Positions 1-5,919 of a stretch of 7,148 nt of DNA are shown here, one piece after another. The notes beneath the pieces are model-generated. The model was not told the DNA's origin, ran no database searches, and saw only the letters and a list, made by a program, of their open reading frames with translations. The stretch lies in NCBI GenBank assembly GCA_016840425.1, contig JAEOSI010000119.1, positions 1 through 7,148 on the forward strand. The letters are read 5' to 3'. Position 1 is the first letter of the stretch. Every line of letters begins with the position of its first letter. Source of the DNA: Candidatus Wukongarchaeum yapensis. Its GTDB lineage: Archaea; Asgardarchaeota; Wukongarchaeia; Wukongarchaeales; Wukongarchaeaceae. The translations under genes and the position numbers were made by a program.

Positions 1-483
1 GGATCTGAATACTATACTTTAATACATAAAATAGAGGGAGGCAACCCTCCAAAAGTAGATCTTTTAAAGGAAAAACGTGCAATGCGTGCAATGCTCGAAG
101 TAATAAATAAAGGGTATATCACCGCTTCTCATGACTGCTCGCGGGGAGGATTTGCTGTAGCTTTAAGTTTGATGTGTTTAAAGAGCGGTTTAGGGGCAGA
201 TGTTGATCTTGATAAGGTCCCTATTCCAGAAAAAATTCCCCTTGATTCTCTCCTTTTCTCTGAAACTAATGGGCGTTATATTCTATCGGTTAGAGAAAAT
301 CATTTGAGGGAAGTTTTAGACACTTTTGAGAAGCATGAAGTAAAGACAGGGGTTATAGGGGAGGTAAAGAAGGTTCCTGTTTTTAATATTAAGAATGATG
401 GTAAGATCGTGGCTTCATGTTCCTTGTTAAAGCTTTATGAGAGCTTTTCTCAAAGTTTAAGAAAAGAGATGGAGGCAGATTAA
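1..483 (+). CDS. purL: Phosphoribosylformylglycinamidine synthase subunit PurL, C-terminal part (5'-truncated by window edge)
   Basis: Frame 1 is open from base 1 (GSEYYTLIHKIEGGNPPKVDLLKEKRAM...), so the ATG at 82 is internal. It shows PurL C-terminal motifs: GSEY..G..P.VDL..E, ASHDCSRGGFAVAL (cf. HD.S.GG) and LLFSETNGR (cf. LFSE...R). It stops at TAA 481-483 with no fused glutaminase domain, i.e. the small-type PurL. It lies directly upstream of purF/purD. Confidence 0.9.
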   Translation, partial: GSEYYTLIHKIEGGNPPKVDLLKEKRAMRAMLEVINKGYITASHDCSRGGFAVALSLMCLKSGLGADVDLDKVPIPEKIPLDSLLFSETNGRYILSVRENHLREVLDTFEKHEVKTGVIGEVKKVPVFNIKNDGKIVASCSLLKLYESFSQSLRKEMEAD

Positions 484-484
484 A

Positions 485-1936
485 ACGTATAATAAAAAGG
501 AAAAATGCGGTATTTTCGGCGTCTTTGCCCCCCCAGGGCGACAGGTAGCAAAAACCATCTATGAAGGCCTTTTATCCCTCCAACACAGAGGACAAGAGTC
601 AGCAGGAATAGCCATATTTGATGGAAAAGCGATTATTGTACATAAGGGAATGGGATTAGTAAGCGAAGTTTTTACAAAAAGAGTTTTGGCGAACCTTATA
701 GGCTTCAGAGGAATAGGCCATGTTAGATATTCAACGACAGGTTACAGCAAAAAAAAGGAGACCCAACCTTATTATATGCATCTTACAGGGATAAACTTTG
801 CAGTCGCTTTTAATGGGAATATATCAAATAGTGGAAGGTTGAAAGAAGAGCTTGAAGAAAAGGGTCACTTCTTTGAAACCGACACGGATACAGAGCTTAT
901 AGCAAAGTATATTACTACTTTTATGCTGGAAAACGGGAGAGATCTCGTAGAAGCTATTCAAAAGCTCATGTACTTTTTAGACGGTGGTTACTCAATACTA
1001 ATTCTCACAGAGAAAGGGCACATTCTAGCCTTCAGAGACCCATATGGATATAGACCGCTAGTTTTTGGGAAACAACAAGATGAGAGCATAGTTTTCGCAT
1101 CAGAAACAGTAGCCCTTGACACTACAGGAACTCAATACATAGATACTGTTAATCCCGGAGAAGTTATATGGGTGACAAATGTCGGTTGTGAAAGATTACA
1201 ATTAATAGAAACTACAAGGCATGCCCACTGTCAATTTGAATATGTTTATTTTAGTCGCCCAGACAGCGAGATGGAAGGCGTTAGTGTTTACGAAGTGCGG
1301 AAAAAACTTGGAAGAAAACTGGCAGAACTTTATCCCGTGGAAGCAGATGTGGTTATTCCTGTTCCAGATTCTGGTAGAACAGCTGCTTCAGGCTATTCAG
1401 AATCTTCAGGAATACCCCTTAGTGAAGGATTAATTAAGAATAGATATGTTCATAGGACCTTCATAATGCCCCGACAAAGAGAAAGAGAGAAGGCTATAAG
1501 GTTAAAAATGAACCCGATACCCCACGTAGTTTCAGGAAAAAGGATAGTGCTTGTAGACGATTCTATTGTAAGAGGAACTTCAATGAAACACATAGTTTCA
1601 CTTTTAAGAAAAGCTGGAGCAAAAGAGGTGCACGTAAGGATATCATGCCCGCCCATAATTAGTCCTTGTTATTGTGGTATTGATTTCCAAAGAAGAGAAG
1701 AATTGATACGGGGTAAAACTTCCTTAGAAGAGACCAGAAAGATAATTGGAGCAGATAGTCTTGAGTATATGACGATAGATGGCCTTGTAGAAGCGATAGG
1801 GTTGGGTGAAAATGAACTTTGTTTGAGCTGTCTTACTGGCGAATATCTACTAAAAGAAACCCCGACAACTTTAGGCCGAATAAGCGAAAAAGAAGTAAAG
1901 CTCCAGGCAACTTTACAAAAGACTAAAAGTTTCTAG
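485..1936 (+). CDS. purF: Amidophosphoribosyltransferase PurF, catalytically intact, Fe-S type. True start is upstream of the ORF-track ATG at 650 and is uncertain (ACG 485 or ATT 479)
   Basis: The frame of the 650 ORF extends upstream without a stop to 461 and reads KEK-CGIFGVF...LQHRGQESAGI, with the Ntn nucleophile Cys at 506-508. Other motifs: GHVRYST, FNG oxyanion site, TDTE, CQFEYVYFSRPDS, KNRYVHRTFI, PRPP loop VDDSIVRGTS (1553-1582), PCYCGID and LCLSC (Fe-S ligand cysteines). There is no in-frame ATG/GTG/TTG between the stop at 458-460 and the Cys. Confidence 0.93.
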   Translation, partial: TYNKKEKCGIFGVFAPPGRQVAKTIYEGLLSLQHRGQESAGIAIFDGKAIIVHKGMGLVSEVFTKRVLANLIGFRGIGHVRYSTTGYSKKKETQPYYMHLTGINFAVAFNGNISNSGRLKEELEEKGHFFETDTDTELIAKYITTFMLENGRDLVEAIQKLMYFLDGGYSILILTEKGHILAFRDPYGYRPLVFGKQQDESIVFASETVALDTTGTQYIDTVNPGEVIWVTNVGCERLQLIETTRHAHCQFEYVYFSRPDSEMEGVSVYEVRKKLGRKLAELYPVEADVVIPVPDSGRTAASGYSESSGIPLSEGLIKNRYVHRTFIMPRQREREKAIRLKMNPIPHVVSGKRIVLVDDSIVRGTSMKHIVSLLRKAGAKEVHVRISCPPIISPCYCGIDFQRREELIRGKTSLEETRKIIGADSLEYMTIDGLVEAIGLGENELCLSCLTGEYLLKETPTTLGRISEKEVKLQATLQKTKSF

Positions 1937-1955
1937 AAAAGGAGATCTTTTAAAG

Positions 1956-3296
1956 ATGGTTGGTATATTCGGAATGTATGCTTTTGACGAGAATTGGGAA
2001 ATTGCAAGATTTGTCTATTTTGGTATTCTAGGCTGTCAAAATCGTGGACAAGAAAATGCAGGTATTGCAACTTTTGACGGTGAAAAACTTTGCAGGTTTG
2101 CAGATAAGGGGATGGTTGAAGAGGCTTTTAAAAACGATGAAATATTTAAAGGATTACCTGGCTGGTGCGGCATCGGAGGAGTAAGTGCTTTTACAGCAGA
2201 AAATAACAATTTTATACCACCCATGTTCTCAGAGAGGGGAAATGTAGCGGTATCCATGAATGGAAAAATAATAAATTGCAAAGAGATTGATCCGCAACTA
2301 TCGGAAAAAACCCACGGAGATATGAAAATAGTTGCAAATTTGCTCGAAAAAAGTCTTGAAAAGAACGATTCAGTTAACGCTATGAAGGAAGTTATGGAGA
2401 AAATAAGGGGAGCATACTCCCTCGTAGCCCTCAATAAAAAAGGGGATATGATAATAGCAAGAGACCCCCACGGTATAAGACCTCTTGTAATAGGGGGGCA
2501 TGGTTTTGACCTTGGTGTCATAAGTTCAGAAAGCGCGGCATTGGATGTTACAGGGTCGGATCTTAGCCGGGATGTAAAACCAGGGGAGATCTTCGTTTTT
2601 GAACCCCATAGTATTGAAAAGGATGATCAGACTTTTAAGAATAGAAATACACACTATTGCGCTTTTGAATGGGTATATTACGCTAGACCCGACTCCATAA
2701 TAAACGATATTCATGTCCATGAGGTTAGATATAAAATCGGGGAAATTTTGGCTAAGGAAAATCCTGTAGAGGGAGTGGATGTAGTGATAGCGGTTCCTGA
2801 GACTGCTTTTCCCTTCGCGATGGCTTATTCAAAAGTTACAGGAATTCCGATTGATTTGGGTTTTGTGAGGACTGGAAGACATTTAAGAACGGCTATAAAA
2901 CCTACCCAAATCGAAAGAATAATAGGAGTTCAATTGAAACTAAACCCGATAAGAAATGCAGTTAGAGGCAGGAAAGTTGTTCTAATAGATGACAGCGTTG
3001 TCAGGGGGAGTACTTTACGAAACACCGTCTACCTCTTAAAAAAACGGGGAGCGAAGGAGGTTCATGTAAGGATAGGAAGTCCACACCTAATAGCTCCTTG
3101 TCCTTTTGGGTTAGATGTTCCTTCTCAAGACGAACTTATTGCAAAACATAATACTGAGGAAGAGATAGCGCAAATAGTCGGGGCAGACACCTTCGCCTAT
3201 CTTTCTATAAAAGGATTATGCAAAGCGATAGGAATGCCCCAAGAAAAACTTTGCTTAGGTTGTTTTCGAGAAAAATATCCCGTGTATGATTATTAA
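1956..3296 (+). CDS. purF: PurF paralogue lacking the catalytic N-terminal Cys (predicted glutaminase-dead amidophosphoribosyltransferase-like protein)
   Basis: Full-length PurF architecture. N-terminus is MVGIFG instead of (M)CGIFG, QNRGQE replaces QHRGQE, and GGVSAF replaces GHVRYST. The PRTase half is retained: CAFEWVYYARPDS, IDDSVVRGST, KEVHVRIGSP, PCPFG, LCLGC. A GGAG SD-like element lies about 11 nt upstream of ATG 1956. Confidence 0.88.
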   Translation: MVGIFGMYAFDENWEIARFVYFGILGCQNRGQENAGIATFDGEKLCRFADKGMVEEAFKNDEIFKGLPGWCGIGGVSAFTAENNNFIPPMFSERGNVAVSMNGKIINCKEIDPQLSEKTHGDMKIVANLLEKSLEKNDSVNAMKEVMEKIRGAYSLVALNKKGDMIIARDPHGIRPLVIGGHGFDLGVISSESAALDVTGSDLSRDVKPGEIFVFEPHSIEKDDQTFKNRNTHYCAFEWVYYARPDSIINDIHVHEVRYKIGEILAKENPVEGVDVVIAVPETAFPFAMAYSKVTGIPIDLGFVRTGRHLRTAIKPTQIERIIGVQLKLNPIRNAVRGRKVVLIDDSVVRGSTLRNTVYLLKKRGAKEVHVRIGSPHLIAPCPFGLDVPSQDELIAKHNTEEEIAQIVGADTFAYLSIKGLCKAIGMPQEKLCLGCFREKYPVYDY

Positions 3297-3306
3297 GGTG
3301 GTTTTA

Positions 3307-4794
3307 ATGACAAATGTTAAGGTTTTATTGATCGGTGGTGGTGCTCGTGAGCACGCTATTGCAGAAGCTTTAGTTAGGAGTAATTTTGAGCCAAAACTTT
3401 ATGCCTTAATGGACGTGAAAAACCCAGGAATAAAGAGACTTGTAGAAAAAAGTGGGGGAGAAATTGTCCAAGGAAAAAGCAAAGATCCTAACCTCGCTGC
3501 AGAGGTTGCTGGAAAGTTTTCTGTTGATTTTGCGTTCATAGGACCTGAAGAGCCATTGTTCCACGGAGTTTGTGATGCTATCGAAGATGTAACAGGGATT
3601 CCTTGCGTAGGGGCAAGGCAAAAACCTGCACAAATAGAACAATCTAAAGCATTCATGAGACGGTTAATGTGGAAACATAACGTGGGAGGAAGACTCCGGT
3701 TCAAAGCTTTCTTAACAGTCCAAGATGCCATTGATTATATAGATGAATATGCCGAATCTGTGGCTATAAAACCTGCAAGACAGGCAGGGGGAAAAGGTGT
3801 GAAAGTTATTGCCGATGTGCAAGCTTATTTAAGTGATGAAAAAAAAGCAGTAAAAGAAAAGCATGCACAAGCAGTTTTTGAAGAGCATATGAAGCCTTAT
3901 GATGATATTGAGGATCGCATCTTGATAGAAGAGAGGGTAGAGGGACCTGAGTATACCGCTCAATGTTTTACTGACGGCAATATTGTAGAAGTTATGCCAC
4001 TAGTACAAGATGCAAAACATGCCTTCGAGGAGGACATTGGTCCAGAGACAGGAGGTATGGGATGTATATCTGGGAAGGACGGTGTGTTGCCTTTTATAAC
4101 TGCAGAAGAAAAGGAGGGCTCAATAAAGATAGTTCAGCAACTGATAAACGCCGTAGAAAAAGAGGTGGGAGAAAAATATAAGGGTATTGTTGCGGGTCAG
4201 ATGATGCTTACAGATGCGTGGGGACCTACTATTATTGAGTGTTACAGTCGTTTTGGCGATCCTGAGGGGACAAGTGTTTTACCGCTTTTAAAGACCGATC
4301 TTGTAGAGATATCAGAAGCAATAATCGGCGAGAAACTTCATAAAATAAATTTTGAGTGGGAAGATAGGGCAACTGTTGTTAAGTGTATTGCTCCAAAGGG
4401 TTATCCGCGGCGGAGAAATCTTGCAAAGGATCACCCTATTGCTGTGGATATTAAAGAAATTGAAAATTTGGGTGGACGCGTTTACTTTGGTTCTGTATCT
4501 GAAGAAAATGGTCAGTTGCTTACAAAGGGGTCTAGAGCAGTTGAAATATGGACTGATGGAGAAAACATAGTAGAAGCGAGTAGAAAAGCTGAATCGTGTA
4601 TTCCTTATGTTAAAACTTTAGATGGTTGGGGTTTATTCCATAGAAAAGATATAGGGAGTCCAGAGCTTCTTAAAAAACGTATAGAATTAGGTGAACTGCA
4701 AAGGGAATGCTTCAAATATCGCAAGGCAAAAGGTTTGGTAGGTAGAAGAATAGACTGGATTCCAGGTAAAGGAAAGCTAGAGTATGTATCCTAA
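3307..4794 (+). CDS. purD: Phosphoribosylamine--glycine ligase PurD (divergent archaeal type); alternative start ATG 3286
   Basis: Motifs: KVLLIGGGAREHAIA, GPEEPL..G..D, EQSKAF, KPARQAGGKGV, IEE..EG.E, QD.K...E.D.GP.TGGMG, SRFGDPE, T.GSR and R.DIG. ATG 3307 is preferred because AGGTGG (3296-3301) lies 5 nt upstream. It follows purL-purF. Confidence 0.93.
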   Translation: MTNVKVLLIGGGAREHAIAEALVRSNFEPKLYALMDVKNPGIKRLVEKSGGEIVQGKSKDPNLAAEVAGKFSVDFAFIGPEEPLFHGVCDAIEDVTGIPCVGARQKPAQIEQSKAFMRRLMWKHNVGGRLRFKAFLTVQDAIDYIDEYAESVAIKPARQAGGKGVKVIADVQAYLSDEKKAVKEKHAQAVFEEHMKPYDDIEDRILIEERVEGPEYTAQCFTDGNIVEVMPLVQDAKHAFEEDIGPETGGMGCISGKDGVLPFITAEEKEGSIKIVQQLINAVEKEVGEKYKGIVAGQMMLTDAWGPTIIECYSRFGDPEGTSVLPLLKTDLVEISEAIIGEKLHKINFEWEDRATVVKCIAPKGYPRRRNLAKDHPIAVDIKEIENLGGRVYFGSVSEENGQLLTKGSRAVEIWTDGENIVEASRKAESCIPYVKTLDGWGLFHRKDIGSPELLKKRIELGELQRECFKYRKAKGLVGRRIDWIPGKGKLEYVS

Positions 4795-4807
4795 CTACTC
4801 TAATACG

Positions 4808-4842
4808 ACAGAAAAATTTACTTTTTTGTATGTATTCTTTGT
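4808..4842. terminator. Possible oligo-T terminators at the convergent purD / GTPase junction
   Basis: The + strand has TTTTTT at 4822-4827 followed by a T-rich stretch after the purD stop. The - strand has TTTTT (+ strand 4812-4816) just after the GTPase stop. Archaeal intrinsic terminators are typically oligo-T runs, but such runs are common in AT-rich DNA. Confidence 0.3.
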
Positions 4843-5366
4843 GCGAGGAGGGTGTAGGCTTCTTCTATGTTTTCCCCGGTTTTTGCGCTTGTGAATAGGA
4901 GGGGGGAGTTTATTTCTTCTGCGAAGTTTTTTGCTTCTGTTTCGTTTATCTTGCGTTCTAGGTCTATTTTGTTTCCGCATACTATGAAAGGTATTTCTCC
5001 GCAAACTTTTAAGGCCTCTTCTCGCCACTCTTTTAGGCTTGGGAGGCTCTCTGGCCTTGTTACGTCAAAGACTAGTAGGACGCCTTTTGCTCCTTTATAG
5101 AAGCGTTTTCTATAGTTTAGAGGTAGTCTTTGTCCTCCAATGTCCCATATTACGAGCTTTACGTTCGCTTTTTCAAACTTTATCATTTTTGTTAAGAAGT
5201 CACACCCAATATTGGGGATATATGTTTCTGAGAAGGTTCCATCGCAAAATCTTTTCAGCATGGAGGTTTTTCCTACTTTCCAGTCTCCCAAGGATATACA
5301 CTTATATATAAACGTACTAAGAAGATCAATCGTCTTTGAACTCTCATTTTTAGCCGAATTTTGCAT
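4818..5366 (-). CDS. Rab/Ras-like small GTPase; alternative start ATG 5396
   Basis: G1 GDWKVGKTS, switch I region FSETYIPNIGCDF, G3 IWDIGGQ, Rab-like FYKGAKGVLLVFDVT, G4 GNKID, G5 TSAKTGENIEEA. No C-terminal Cys prenylation motif. ATG 5366 is preceded by GGGGTGG (SD-like). ATG 5396 would fit a leaderless transcript from the TTTATAA box at 5418-5424. Confidence 0.92.
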   Translation of the reverse strand: MQNSAKNESSKTIDLLSTFIYKCISLGDWKVGKTSMLKRFCDGTFSETYIPNIGCDFLTKMIKFEKANVKLVIWDIGGQRLPLNYRKRFYKGAKGVLLVFDVTRPESLPSLKEWREEALKVCGEIPFIVCGNKIDLERKINETEAKNFAEEINSPLLFTSAKTGENIEEAYTLLAQRIHTKK

Positions 5367-5417
5367 CGTCCACCCCAGCAGCGTTTGAAGTCTCATAACT
5401 TTAATTTGATTTTTAAG

Positions 5418-5439
5418 TTATAAATGATGTGCATCGTTT
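5418..5439 (-). promoter_or_regulatory. Candidate TATA box (TTTATAA) of the GTPase gene with an overlapping imperfect palindrome (AAAtGATG-tg-CATCgTTT)
   Basis: TTTATAA on the - strand at 5424-5418. The palindrome at 5422-5439 has 7 of 8 arm positions complementary and sits where a BRE would be. Confidence 0.45.
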
Positions 5440-5534
5440 TTACGGTTTTTTGCTCTTATATGGACTCCTTAAAATGAAAAAATGGAAACTAGTTTTTGGT
5501 AACTAAATCCCTAAAAATAGGACGGATAGAACGC

Positions 5535-5570
5535 AAAAAAAGTCTAGCAAAGGATGTTAAGATCCTTTGC
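5535..5570 (-). terminator. Stem-loop plus T7 run after the small ORF; candidate intrinsic terminator, possibly bidirectional
   Basis: Perfect 9-bp inverted repeat GCAAAGGAT (5547-5555) / ATCCTTTGC (5562-5570) with a 6-nt loop, 13 nt after the stop of the 46-aa ORF. On the - strand it is followed after 5 nt by T7 (5541-5535). On the + strand it is followed by GTTTTT. Confidence 0.55.
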
Positions 5571-5583
5571 GTTTTTAATCACT

Positions 5584-5724
5584 CTAAACAGTTTCCTTCT
5601 TCAGTTCATCTATCTCGTTTTCTATGCGTTCTATCTTTTTTTGAAGTCTTATTTTAAGGAACTCTAAGTACTTAAGTTTCTCTTCTTTTGACATGATTGG
5701 ACCGCATACAACTCCTATACACAC
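5584..5724 (-). CDS. Unannotated 46-aa small protein with a charged amphipathic/coiled-coil C-terminal helix
   Basis: GTG 5724 to TAG 5584 translates as MCIGVVCGPIMSKEEKLKYLEFLKIRLQKKIERIENEIDELKKETV. GGCGGTG SD-like site 6 nt upstream, TTATAA about 51 nt upstream, hairpin/T-run immediately downstream. Heptad-like L/I spacing with E/K-rich composition. ATG 5694 is an alternative start (36 aa). Confidence 0.7.
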   Translation of the reverse strand: MCIGVVCGPIMSKEEKLKYLEFLKIRLQKKIERIENEIDELKKETV

Positions 5725-5774
5725 GAGAAACACCGCCTTAAAACATTTTATCAAAATAAAGGTGCATGGAACCC

Positions 5775-5788
5775 TTATAATGACTAAC
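5775..5788 (-). promoter_or_regulatory. Candidate promoter element GTTAGTCATTATAA of the small ORF
   Basis: TTATAA box preceded by AGTCA. The 10-mer TATAATGACT (+ strand 5776-5785) recurs exactly at 6715-6724 upstream of the wHTH gene, at a similar distance from the start codon (52 vs 58 nt). Confidence 0.5.
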
Positions 5789-5803
5789 TTTCGATAAGCT
5801 TGA

Positions 5804-5895
5804 GGAAAGGTTATTAGGGGTTAAATTAGGCAAAAATAGGGGCTATAGGCTTTTAAAGGATCAGTATGGGGGATTTGGAAAGGTTGTAGCGGGGT
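5804..5895 (+). repeat. Two-copy direct repeat GGAAAGGTT-N4/5-GGGGT in a G-skewed intergenic tract
   Basis: GGAAAGGTT at 5804-5812 and 5877-5885, each followed by GGGGT (5817-5821 and 5891-5895). Function unknown. Confidence 0.5.
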
Positions 5896-5919
5896 GCTTG
5901 TTAATAATAATGTCAAAAT

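Noticed and set aside
461-508. PurL-PurF fusion by +1 frameshift at the purL stop
   Set aside because: GAT-TAA offers no plausible tRNA re-pairing (GAT to ATT), and PurF needs a free N-terminal Cys. Independent initiation is simpler.
650-652. ATG 650 as the purF start, as in the ORF track
   Set aside because: It would remove the catalytic Cys and QHRGQE motif, which are encoded in frame upstream.
749-757. A-AAA-AAG slippery heptamer in purF
   Set aside because: A-runs are frequent in this AT-rich, Lys-rich sequence. The gene is complete in one frame and no stimulatory structure was seen.
1221-4570. Short overlapping ORFs 1221-1433, 1450-1656, 2036-2521, 2526-2720, 3399-3731, 3406-3642 and 4352-4570
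   Set aside because: They lie entirely within well-supported pur genes, on alternate frames or antisense, and have no recognisable motifs; they are shadow ORFs.
4795-5388. ORFs 4795-5028 (Arg-rich), 4867-5100, 5039-5311 and 5140-5388
   Set aside because: Alternate-frame or antisense shadows of the GTPase gene. The Arg/Lys richness follows from the A/G-rich coding strand.
5486-5674. 10-bp palindromes AAACTAGTTT (5486-5495) and TAAGTACTTA (5665-5674)
   Set aside because: Short and AT-rich, so expected by chance. The second is inside the small ORF.
5804-5895. Replication origin (ORB) or canonical G-quadruplex
   Set aside because: The ORB TTCC arm and spacing are not matched and no orc1/cdc6 gene is in the window. 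The G-runs are separated by 18-25 nt loops, too long for a canonical quadruplex.
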